17,011 nt of DNA, taken from positions 1,285,373 through 1,302,383 of the forward strand of contig NC_001263.1 of NCBI RefSeq assembly GCF_000008565.1, given 5' to 3'. Of this stretch, positions 8,062 through 16,418 are shown piece by piece. This stretch comes from Deinococcus radiodurans R1 = ATCC 13939 = DSM 20539 (GTDB lineage Bacteria > Deinococcota > Deinococci > Deinococcales > Deinococcaceae). The notes beneath the pieces are model-generated. The model had not been told where the DNA came from. It ran no database searches and saw nothing but the letters and a program-made list of their open reading frames with translations. Position 1 is the stretch's first letter, and every line of letters starts with the position of its first letter. The position numbers were made by a program, and so were the translations under genes.

Positions 8062-10536
8062 TTATCCATCGAGCACCGTGTTGATCGCATCCAGAATCCG
8101 TTCCCCATACGCCTCGATGCGCTTTTCGCCCAGACCCGGCACCTCGGCCAGCTCGGCGAGCGTGCGCGGCTGCCGGGCGGCGAGGGCTTCGAGCGTGGCG
8201 TTGGTGAACACGACGAAGGCGCTGTAGCCCGTTTCCTTCATCAGCTCACGCCGCAGCTCGCGCAGGGCTTCGCTGAGGTCGGCGTTGGGGGCGGGCGGAA
8301 CGGCTTCGTCGAACAGTGCGGCGGGGGCTGACGGTGCGGGCGATGGCGCACCCCCCGTCAACTCGGCCCGAATGGTCGCCAGAATCCGGTCCCCGAACGC
8401 CTGAATCCGCTGGCCTCCCAGTCCGAACACGTCCTTCAGCTCCTCGCTGCGGGTGGGCAGTTTGCGGGCGAGTTCGTCGATGGTCGCCTCGGGAAAGACC
8501 CACGACAGCGAGCGCCCCTGCTCGGCGGCGAGCGTGCGCCGCAGTTCGCGGAGGGCACCCAACACGCCGGGATGCGCGGGCTTGGGCTGCGGTTGCAACT
8601 CGCCTTTGCTGCCGAGCACGTCCAGCACCGCGTTGTTATTGCGCGCGCCACGCACCGCCGGGTCGAAGGCCGGGCTGTCTAGCAGGTTTTCCGGTCCCGC
8701 CTGGCCCCCGCCGCTGGAGTCGCGCACGACCTGCAACACCTCGTCGCCGTAGGCCGCCAGTTTGCGTCCGCCGACGCCGCTCACGGTGCCGAGAGTCGCG
8801 TGGCTGCCGGGGCGCAGCTCGGCAATCGTTTTGAGGGTCGCGTCGTGAAAGATAGTGTAGGGCGGTAGGCTCAGCTCCTTCGCCTTTTGCAGTCGCCACG
8901 CCCGCAGCGCCTCGAACAGCGGGGCGTCGTGGCTGTCCAGAGCCGCGCGGCTGGCACTCGCCCGGTCGCGCTTGCTCTTGCCCGCGCCCGGCAGCAACGT
9001 GTCCTCGCGCAGCAGCAGCTTTTGCCCCTCTTTGAGGATGCCGCGCGACTTGCCGGTGGCCCGCAGGCCGAAATGGTCGTCGGCGCTCAGGTATCCCAGG
9101 CTGACGAGCTGGCGCAGTACCGAGCGCCACAGCTTTTCGTCGTGTTCCTTGCCCACGCCGAAGGTCGGGAGCTGGTGGTGCCCCTGCGCGAGCACCTTGT
9201 CGGTTTCGCGGCCCAGCAGCACGTCGGTGAGGTGCGCCGCCCCAAAACGGTTGCCGGTGCGAATGGTGGCCGACAGCGCCATCTGTGCCTCGCGGGTCAG
9301 GTCGCGCACACGCGGCGGGTTCAGGCACACGTCGCAGTTGCCGCAGGGCTCGGACAGTTCCTCACCGAAGTAGTGCAGCAGCACCTGACGGCGGCAGGTC
9401 GCGGCCTCGCAGTAGGTCAGCAGCGCGTCGAGTTTGCTCGCCTCCACCCGCTTGACCTCCTCCGGCGCGTCGCTCTGGGCGAGCATCCGGCGCACGTTCA
9501 CCACATCGCTCAGGCCGTAGACCATCCACGCGGTGCTCGGCAGCCCGTCGCGCCCGGCGCGGCCCGTTTCCTGGTAGTAGCCCTCCATGCTCTTGGGTAG
9601 GTCGAGGTGAGCCACGAAGCGCACATTCGGCTTGTCGATACCCATCCCGAAGGCGACGGTCGCGCACACGATGACGCCTTCCTCGTTCAGAAAGCGCTCC
9701 TGCACGTTGTTGCGCTCGGTTGAGGAGAGGCCGGCGTGGTACGCGAGCGCATCTATCCCCTGGGCCTGCAACCACTTCGCCGTTTCTTCCACCGACTTGC
9801 GCGAGAGGCAGTAGACGATTCCGGCGTCCCCAGGGTGCTCCTCGCGGATGAAGTGCAGCAGTTGCGTCTTGGGGCTGTCCTTGAGGCCCACCCGGTACTG
9901 AATGTTGGGCCGGTCGAAGGAGGAGACGAACTGCGGCGCGTCCTCCAGGCGCAGCACGCTCTTGATGTCGGCGCGCGTCCGCTCGTCGGCGGTGGCGGTC
10001 AGGGCGACGCGGGGCAGCTCTGGAAAGCGCTCGGCGAGCACGCTGAGCTGCTGGTACTCGGGCCGGAAGTCGTGGCCCCACTGCGAGACACAGTGCGCCT
10101 CGTCGATGGCGAACAGGGCGACGGGCGCGCGCTCCAGCAGGTCGAGGGTGCGCGGCATCAGCAGGCGTTCGGGGGCAACGTACAGCAGGTCGAGGTCGCC
10201 CCTGAGCAAAGCGTCTTCCACCTCACGCGCCTCGTGCGGCAGCAACGTCGAGTTGAGGAAAGCCGCCCGCACGCCGTTTTGCCGCAGGGTGTCCACCTGG
10301 TCTTTCATCAGCGCAATCAGCGGCGACACCACGATGCCGGTGCCGGGCCGCAGCAGCGAGGGCAGCTGGTAGCACAGGCTTTTGCCGCCGCCGGTGGGCA
10401 TCAGCACCAGCGCGTTGCCACCTTCCGCCACCTGCTGCACGATCTCGCCCTGCACGCCCCGGAAGGCCGGATAGCCCCAGATGGTCTGGAGCAGATGCAG
10501 GGCGCGGTCGTGGAGGGCGGCAGGAGCAGCGGTCAT
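8062..10536 (-). CDS. recQ: ATP-dependent DNA helicase RecQ with three tandem C-terminal HRDC domains (824 aa)
   Basis: Walker A LMPTGGGKS; DEAH box AIDEAHCVSQWGHDFRPEY; RecQ Zn-finger C-x-CRRQ..CGNCDVC. Three HRDC-like modules at residues about 536-606, 655-725 and 752-822 (nt 8719-8931, 8362-8574, 8071-8283). Each has the pattern L..LR.(W)R...A......P.+.+F.+.TL..+A...P.+..EL..+.G+G..+...+G..+L..+. Confidence 0.97.
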   Translation of the reverse strand: MTAAPAALHDRALHLLQTIWGYPAFRGVQGEIVQQVAEGGNALVLMPTGGGKSLCYQLPSLLRPGTGIVVSPLIALMKDQVDTLRQNGVRAAFLNSTLLPHEAREVEDALLRGDLDLLYVAPERLLMPRTLDLLERAPVALFAIDEAHCVSQWGHDFRPEYQQLSVLAERFPELPRVALTATADERTRADIKSVLRLEDAPQFVSSFDRPNIQYRVGLKDSPKTQLLHFIREEHPGDAGIVYCLSRKSVEETAKWLQAQGIDALAYHAGLSSTERNNVQERFLNEEGVIVCATVAFGMGIDKPNVRFVAHLDLPKSMEGYYQETGRAGRDGLPSTAWMVYGLSDVVNVRRMLAQSDAPEEVKRVEASKLDALLTYCEAATCRRQVLLHYFGEELSEPCGNCDVCLNPPRVRDLTREAQMALSATIRTGNRFGAAHLTDVLLGRETDKVLAQGHHQLPTFGVGKEHDEKLWRSVLRQLVSLGYLSADDHFGLRATGKSRGILKEGQKLLLREDTLLPGAGKSKRDRASASRAALDSHDAPLFEALRAWRLQKAKELSLPPYTIFHDATLKTIAELRPGSHATLGTVSGVGGRKLAAYGDEVLQVVRDSSGGGQAGPENLLDSPAFDPAVRGARNNNAVLDVLGSKGELQPQPKPAHPGVLGALRELRRTLAAEQGRSLSWVFPEATIDELARKLPTRSEELKDVFGLGGQRIQAFGDRILATIRAELTGGAPSPAPSAPAALFDEAVPPAPNADLSEALRELRRELMKETGYSAFVVFTNATLEALAARQPRTLAELAEVPGLGEKRIEAYGERILDAINTVLDG

Positions 10537-10542
10537 CTCCCC

Positions 10543-10548
10543 AGGATA
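10543..10548 (-). promoter_or_regulatory. -10-like box TATCCT 6 nt upstream of the recQ ATG (leaderless-type)
   Basis: Minus strand reads TTCTGCCCACAACGTAA-ACGCGC-TATCCT-GGGGAG-ATG. The GGGGAG abuts the ATG directly, which is too close to act as an SD. Confidence 0.45.
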
Positions 10549-10554
10549 GCGCGT

Positions 10555-10571
10555 TTACGTTGTGGGCAGAA
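10555..10571. promoter_or_regulatory. 17-bp palindromic RDRM-type operator (radiation/desiccation response motif, DdrO-type site) upstream of recQ
   Basis: Plus strand TTACGTTGTGGGCAGAA; recQ-sense strand TTCTGC-CCACA-ACGTAA. It satisfies every degenerate position of the RDRM consensus as I recall it (TTMYGY-N5-RCRKAA). It lies 6 nt upstream of the -10-like box and covers the -35/spacer region. Confidence 0.6.
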
Positions 10572-10596
10572 TCATGGAGGCCCCCCGCTGCGTACC

Positions 10597-10625
10597 TTGA
10601 CACCCCCCCGGCCCGCCCCTACCCT
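10597..10625 (+). promoter_or_regulatory. Sigma-70-type promoter candidate TTGACA-N17-TACCCT for the substrate-binding protein gene
   Basis: TTGACA at 10597-10602, exactly 17 nt of spacer (10603-10619), then TACCCT (TANNNT) at 10620-10625. It would give a roughly 90-nt leader ending in GGAGG (10712-10716) and ATG 10721. Confidence 0.5.
10603..10624 (-). other. Canonical G-quadruplex motif (minus strand): GGG-TA-GGGG-C-GGG-CC-GGGGGGG
   Basis: The plus strand reads C7-GG-C3-G-C4-TA-C3. The reverse complement has four G-tracts of at least 3 with loops of 2, 1 and 2 nt. Confidence 0.6.
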
Positions 10626-10720
10626 GGGGCCATTATTTACGTCCCGGCTGTCACGCAACCCAGCAGGCCCGCCTTCCTTTGGGGCAGGCCTGCTTCGTGC
10701 GCCTTTGATCTGGAGGCTTC

Positions 10721-12304
10721 ATGAAGAAACTGCTCCTCACCGCCGCCCTGCTCGTTGTTCCCACCGCCGCCGCCCAGAGCGGCACCCTGGTCTTCGGGGG
10801 CAACGGCGAACCCGTCAGCCTCGAACCGGCCAACATCACCGACGGCATCTCCATCAACGTGCAGCGCCAGATCTACGACACCCTGATCGACTTCAAGGAC
10901 GGCACCACCCAGCTCGTGCCCGGTCTCGCCACGAGCTGGAAACCCAACGCCAACGCGACGAGCTGGACTTTCACCCTCCGCAAAGGCGTCAAGTTCCACG
11001 ACGGCACGCCGTTCAACGCCGACGCCGTGGTCTTCAACCTGACTCGCTGGTGGGACAAGAACCACCCCTACAGCCTGCGGAAAGACGGCCGCACCTTCGA
11101 GATCGTGGGCGACCTGCTCGGCGGCTACAAGGGCGACGCCACCTCGGTCATCAAGAACGTGGTCAAGGTAAACGACTCCACCGTGCGCGTGGACCTCACC
11201 AAGCCCTCCAGCGTGTTCCCCGACGTGATCGCGTCCGGGTACTTTGGCATCGCGTCGCCCACCGCCATCAAGGAGCAGGGCGCCAAGTACGGCACCCCGG
11301 CGGGCAAAGCCGTGGGCACCGGCCCCTTCATCTTCCAGAGCTGGAAGTCGGGCGACCGCGTGACCTTGACCGCCAACAAGAACTACTGGGGCACGAAGGC
11401 TAAGGTCGCTACCGTCATCATCCGCGCCATCAAGGACCCCAGCCAGCGCCTCAACGAGCTTCGGGCCGGGACCATCGATTTCGCCAACGACATGGTGCCC
11501 GACAGCCTCAAGGCCATTCAGGCCGACAAGAACCTCGTGGCGGTCAAGCGCCCCTCGTTCAACGTGGGCTTCGTCAGCCTGAACAACCGCAACAAGTACC
11601 TCAAGAACGCCAAGGTCCGTCAGGCGATCAGCATGGCGCTGAACAAGAAGGCCATCGTGGACGCCTTCTGGCCTGGCCTCGGCCAGAGCAATGCCAGCTT
11701 CGTGCCGCCGGACCTCGCCCGCTACAACTCGTCCAAGGTGCCGGCGGACTACAAGTTCGACCCCGCCGCCGCCAAGAAGCTGCTCGCCGACGCGGGCTAC
11801 CCCAACGGCTTTTCCATGGACCTGTGGTACATGCCCGTCAGCCGCCCGTACTTCCCGAGCCCCAAGCCGATTGCCGAAGCGATGGCCGCCGACCTCTCGG
11901 CCATCGGCATCAAGGTCAACCTCAAGACCGAAGACTGGGCCAAGTACCTCGAAGACCGCAACAAGGCTCCCGGCTTCGACATGTACATGATCGGCTGGAC
12001 CGGCGACTACGGCCACCCCGACAACTTCTACTCGGCCTACTACGGCCCCAACGGCAGCAGCGACATCGGCTACAACTCGGTGCAGATCCAGAACCTGCTC
12101 GAAAAGGGCCGTGCCGCCAAGACTGAAGCCGAGCGCAAGTCGATCTACGGCCAGATTCACGAGCTGACCTACAACGCCGCCTACCGCATTCCCATCGTCC
12201 ACAGCCAGCCGCTCGCCGCCGCCCGCACCTACGTCAAGGGCTGGGTGCCGAGCCCGCTGGGCAGCGAGTCGTTCAACAACATCTCGCTCGTCGGCAAGAA
12301 GTAA
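10721..12304 (+). CDS. ABC transporter substrate-binding protein, family 5 (peptide/nickel/opine type), 527 aa, Sec signal peptide
   Basis: N-terminal MKKLLLTAALLVVPTAAAQSG signal. The body is typical of DppA/OppA-like family-5 SBPs (..YDTLIDFK.GTT.L.PGLATSW....A..WTF.LRKGVKFHDGTPFNADAV..). GGAGG SD lies 4 nt upstream of the ATG. Confidence 0.93.
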   Translation: MKKLLLTAALLVVPTAAAQSGTLVFGGNGEPVSLEPANITDGISINVQRQIYDTLIDFKDGTTQLVPGLATSWKPNANATSWTFTLRKGVKFHDGTPFNADAVVFNLTRWWDKNHPYSLRKDGRTFEIVGDLLGGYKGDATSVIKNVVKVNDSTVRVDLTKPSSVFPDVIASGYFGIASPTAIKEQGAKYGTPAGKAVGTGPFIFQSWKSGDRVTLTANKNYWGTKAKVATVIIRAIKDPSQRLNELRAGTIDFANDMVPDSLKAIQADKNLVAVKRPSFNVGFVSLNNRNKYLKNAKVRQAISMALNKKAIVDAFWPGLGQSNASFVPPDLARYNSSKVPADYKFDPAAAKKLLADAGYPNGFSMDLWYMPVSRPYFPSPKPIAEAMAADLSAIGIKVNLKTEDWAKYLEDRNKAPGFDMYMIGWTGDYGHPDNFYSAYYGPNGSSDIGYNSVQIQNLLEKGRAAKTEAERKSIYGQIHELTYNAAYRIPIVHSQPLAAARTYVKGWVPSPLGSESFNNISLVGKK

Positions 12305-12329
12305 GCGCGGTCGAGAAGTTACAAAAATA

Positions 12330-12368
12330 AAGAAGGGGCGCAGAGGGAAACCCCCTGCGCCTCTTCTT
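12330..12368. terminator. Strong bidirectional rho-independent terminator
   Basis: AAGAAGGGGCGCAGAGGG (12330-12347), AAA loop, CCCCCTGCGCCTCTTCTT (12351-12368). This is an 18-bp stem with 2 mismatches. T-rich on the plus side (CTTCTTTGGCTTT) and, on the minus strand, CTTCTTTATTTTTGT. Confidence 0.75.
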
Positions 12369-12378
12369 TGGCTTTACA

Positions 12379-12500
12379 GGATTTGACAGATTGAGGCCTG
12401 TTCAGAGCTCGACTGGATGCCCCCTCACCCCTTGCTATGCAAGGCCCTCTCCCACCAGTGGAGAGGGTCAAGAGCAGAAATAGCTTTTCCGTTAAATGCT
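12379..12500 (-). repeat. MITE-like small noncoding repeat, copy 2 (inverted relative to copy 1)
   Basis: Its reverse complement begins AGCATTTAACGG (compare AGCATTTGACAG at 161). It contains TTGACCCTCTCCACTGGTGGGAGAGGGCCTTGCATAGCAAGGGGTGAGGG, near-identical to the core at 190-239. It ends CTGTCAAATCCT, the inverse of AGGATTTGACAG. It is about 22 bp longer in one arm than copy 1. Confidence 0.75.
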
Positions 12501-12503
12501 CTA

Positions 12504-14138
<1,635 letters not shown>

Positions 14139-14145
14139 GGTTCAG

Positions 14146-14151
14146 AGGGTA
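14146..14151 (-). promoter_or_regulatory. -10-like box TACCCT 7 nt upstream of the serA ATG (leaderless-type)
   Basis: Minus strand reads GAGAC-TACCCT-CTGAACC-ATG. No SD. Confidence 0.4.
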
Positions 14152-14194
14152 GTCTCCTGGCCCGCGCCCGGCCTGCGGGCTGGCTAGGGAGGGG

Positions 14195-14200
14195 TATCCT
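14195..14200 (+). promoter_or_regulatory. -10-like box TATCCT 7 nt upstream of ATG 14208 (leaderless-type)
   Basis: GGGG-TATCCT-GAGAGGC-ATG. Confidence 0.4.
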
Positions 14201-14207
14201 GAGAGGC

Positions 14208-15026
14208 ATGACCGACCCCGCGTCTCCGACCCCGGCTGCCGGAGCGGCGCAGCACCGCCGGGAGGCCCCCCGCAGCGTGCGCGCCGCCGTGGTGACCATC
14301 AGCGACACCCGCACCCCGGACACCGACGAGAGCGGGCGTTACCTCGCCGAGCAGCTCACGGCGAGCGGCCACGAACTCGTCGAACGGCTGATCGTGCGCG
14401 ACGACGCGGTAGAAATTCGCTCGGCGGTCGTGCGGCTGATGCGCGTCGCCGACGTGGTGCTCACCAGCGGCGGCACCGGCATCGCCGGACGCGACGTGAC
14501 GGTGCCGGTCATTGAGTCGCTGCTCGTCAAGCCGATTCCCGGCTTCGGTGAACTGTTCCGCATGCTCTCCTACGGGCAGGTGCGCGGCGCGGCCATGCTG
14601 TCGCGGGCGCTCGGCGGATTGGGCCGGGGGGCACTGGTGTTCGCCCTCCCCGGCAGCCTGGGCGCTGTGCAGACGGCCTGGGAAGGCATTCTGCGCGACG
14701 AGCTCGGGCACCTCGTCTACGAGATGGTGCGTCAGGGTCAGCCTCAGGCCCGCCCGGCAGCGCCCGTCCCTGCCCCCGCCGCGCGTGAGGCGCTGTTTAC
14801 CGACCTGTCGAGCCCCCCGCCGCTTGACGTGCCGGGCACACCACTGCCGGCGGCCCCCGCCAGCGACTGGGCCGGGCACCGACGCGGCGCGGCCCTGGGC
14901 ACGGCGGGCGAAGCGCAACCCGGCGTCAAGCTCGGGCGCCACAGCCAGCACCCCAGCACCTACGAGCGCACACCTTTGGTGCGGCCCGGCGACGCGGCGC
15001 GCACCCCAGGCGAAGAGGAACGCTGA
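14208..15026 (+). CDS. moaB: MoaB/MogA-family molybdenum cofactor biosynthesis protein with a roughly 96-aa Pro/Ala-rich C-terminal tail (272 aa)
   Basis: This is the 3' part of the 12417..15026 ORF; the remainder of that ORF is antisense to serA. From ATG 14208: ..[22 protein letters not shown]...[34 protein letters not shown].......A.LSRA.GG.....[11 protein letters not shown]. These are MoaB/MogA domain signatures (TSGGTG motif). The domain ends near residue 176 (nt about 14735). Confidence 0.85.
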   Translation: MTDPASPTPAAGAAQHRREAPRSVRAAVVTISDTRTPDTDESGRYLAEQLTASGHELVERLIVRDDAVEIRSAVVRLMRVADVVLTSGGTGIAGRDVTVPVIESLLVKPIPGFGELFRMLSYGQVRGAAMLSRALGGLGRGALVFALPGSLGAVQTAWEGILRDELGHLVYEMVRQGQPQARPAAPVPAPAAREALFTDLSSPPPLDVPGTPLPAAPASDWAGHRRGAALGTAGEAQPGVKLGRHSQHPSTYERTPLVRPGDAARTPGEEER

Positions 15027-15049
15027 ACCCGGTGTGCCCGCCCCCGCTC

Positions 15050-15058
15050 TGCTATAAG
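15050..15058 (+). promoter_or_regulatory. Extended -10 candidate TG-C-TATAAG, 8 nt upstream of ATG 15067
   Basis: TG at 15050-15051, TATAAG at 15053-15058, then TCTGCGGC, then ATG. No SD. Confidence 0.4.
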
Positions 15059-15066
15059 TCTGCGGC

Positions 15067-15897
15067 ATGACGGCTGCTTTGCCCCTTACGCTGCTGGCGC
15101 CCACCGGACTGCCGGGGGTGACCTGGCTCTACGCGCTCGCGCTCGGGGCGCTGGCGGTCTTCTGGTGGGTGCGGGTCGCCCGCGAGGCGCGGCGGGGCCG
15201 GGCGCCGCGTCAGGCGTGGTGGTTCGTGCCGGGGCTGCTCGCACTGCTGCTCGCCGGGCCGACCGAGTTGCCCGCCCTGTTCGGCATTGGAGCCGCGCTG
15301 CTGCTGCTCGCCGAATACTGGCCGCTGGCCTACGCACGGCCCCGCAAGCAGGCGGTGAAGGGCGCGGCGCGGCGCCCTGGCCTGTCGTGGCCGCTGGTCG
15401 GATTGGGGTTGGCGTTGTTTTTGCTGTCGAGCGCCCTGCTGACCGGCACGGTCAATTTGCCTACCGTGATGGTGGTGGTGGGCGGACTGGTGGCCGGGGT
15501 GGGCGGCCTGCTCTCGGCTGCACTGTGGCCCCGCCCGGCTCGCGCGCTCAACGAGCCGGGATTTGAGTTGCGCTGGCAGACCCCGTTGGTGCCTGAGTGG
15601 CCCGAATTCAGCCTCGCCCTGACCGAGGGCGGCGTGCAGCTCACGAACGCTTCGCCGCAGCCCCTGCGGGTGGCTGGCTGGTCGCCCGCGCACGCCAATG
15701 CCTGGCTGCGCCTGCGAAGTGCCGAGGGAAGCCGCATCAACGTGCTGCCCGCTGGTCAGAGTGCCTATCTGCCACTTCATCCCCACGAGTCGGGCCTGCG
15801 CGTCTGGTACACCCTGCCCGGCGACCCGCAGCAGCCCCGGCTGTTCCGCGCCGACTGGACCCCCGCTGCGGCGCAGGCGGACCGGGTTTTGAACTGA
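15067..15897 (+). CDS. Hypothetical integral membrane protein (276 aa): about 5 TM helices plus a roughly 110-aa soluble C-terminal domain
   Basis: A single long ORF that fills the gap between moaB and the terminator at 15927-15943. The N-terminal two thirds is hydrophobic helices (LYALALGALAVFWWV, FVPGLLALLLAG, FGIGAALLLLAEYW, LVGLGLALFLLSSALL, VMVVVGGLVAGVGGLLSAALW). The C-terminus is ELRWQTPLVPEWPEFSLALTEGGVQLTN..LRVWYTLPGDPQQPRLFRADW. No family recognised. Confidence 0.7.
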   Translation: MTAALPLTLLAPTGLPGVTWLYALALGALAVFWWVRVAREARRGRAPRQAWWFVPGLLALLLAGPTELPALFGIGAALLLLAEYWPLAYARPRKQAVKGAARRPGLSWPLVGLGLALFLLSSALLTGTVNLPTVMVVVGGLVAGVGGLLSAALWPRPARALNEPGFELRWQTPLVPEWPEFSLALTEGGVQLTNASPQPLRVAGWSPAHANAWLRLRSAEGSRINVLPAGQSAYLPLHPHESGLRVWYTLPGDPQQPRLFRADWTPAAAQADRVLN

Positions 15898-15920
15898 TTC
15901 CAGCTTTGCCCTGAAACACG

Positions 15921-15950
15921 AAAAAAGCCCCCGCAGTGGGGGCCTTCTTG
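15921..15950. terminator. Bidirectional rho-independent terminator between the membrane protein gene and rpsP
   Basis: GCCCCC (15927-15932), GCAGT loop, GGGGGC (15938-15943). Preceded by AAAAAA, which gives TTTTTT after the stem on the rpsP strand. Followed by CTTCTTGTTGGTTCTT on the plus strand. Confidence 0.8.
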
Positions 15951-15971
15951 TTGGTTCTTCGCGCCTTCGGC

Positions 15972-16226
15972 TTACTTCTTGCTGATCTTGACGCCCTGCG
16001 AACGCAGCAGGCGGCGGGCGGTGTCGGTGGGCTGGGCGCCCTGCGCGATCCAGTGGTTGGCGCGCTCGACATCGATCTTCAGGAAGTTCTCGCTGGTCTT
16101 GCGGGGGTCGTAGTGGCCCAGGCTCTCTATGTAGCCACCGTCGCGGGGACGGCGCACGTCGGCGACGACGATGCGGTAGTGGGGGTTGTGGGCCGAGCCG
16201 AAGCGGGACAGACGAATTTTCACCAT
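15972..16226 (-). CDS. rpsP: 30S ribosomal protein S16 (84 aa)
   Basis: [41 protein letters not shown]... is the canonical S16 N-terminus. GAGG lies 10 nt upstream of the ATG. Confidence 0.97.
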   Translation of the reverse strand: MVKIRLSRFGSAHNPHYRIVVADVRRPRDGGYIESLGHYDPRKTSENFLKIDVERANHWIAQGAQPTDTARRLLRSQGVKISKK

Positions 16227-16404
16227 GTGCAGTAGACCTCAGGGGTTGATTTCGAGGGTATCGTCTCCGGAGTAGGTGCCCGAAGAACATGCGCCCGTCA
16301 GCAGCCAGAATCGGAGCGCACCGAACAACCCTATCAGAAAGCGGAGAGCCTGGGCAAGGGGGCACGGGCAAGTCATCAGCGAGATTAGTTGACATTCCGC
16401 GACC

Positions 16405-16410
16405 TATGCT
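16405..16410 (+). promoter_or_regulatory. -10-like box TATGCT 8 nt upstream of ATG 16419
   Basis: TATGCT, then GGGCGGTA, then ATG. No convincing SD. Confidence 0.3.
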
Positions 16411-16418
16411 GGGCGGTA

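Noticed and set aside
10637-10658. Second RDRM-like palindrome TTACGT-N10-ACGCAA upstream of the SBP gene
   Set aside because: The half-sites resemble RDRM arms, but the spacing is 10 nt rather than 5. It lies downstream of the predicted SBP promoter, inside the leader. It is not a canonical site.
10637-12202. 521-aa minus-strand ORF antisense to the substrate-binding protein gene; also the overlapping 555-aa plus-strand ORF 9736..11403
   Set aside because: Both are shadow ORFs opposite or overlapping strongly supported genes (the SBP and recQ). They have low-complexity composition (R/G/A/V/H runs) and no motifs.
14184-15104. 306-aa minus-strand ORF opposite moaB
   Set aside because: It is antisense to the MoaB domain and bridges two separate plus-strand genes. 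Composition is Arg/Ala/Gly-rich only.
16389-16394. Perfect TTGACA as the -35 for the rhtA-like gene
   Set aside because: Spacing to the nearest -10-like hexamers is 10 nt (TATGCT) or 20 nt (GGTAAT), and neither is compatible. The same TTG is also an in-frame alternative start, but it adds only 10 non-conserved residues.
15052-16395. 447-aa minus-strand ORF spanning the membrane protein gene, the terminator, rpsP and its upstream region
   Set aside because: It runs straight through a strong terminator hairpin and through rpsP in a different frame. It is extremely Arg/Pro/Gln-rich, which is typical of a GC-driven artefact.
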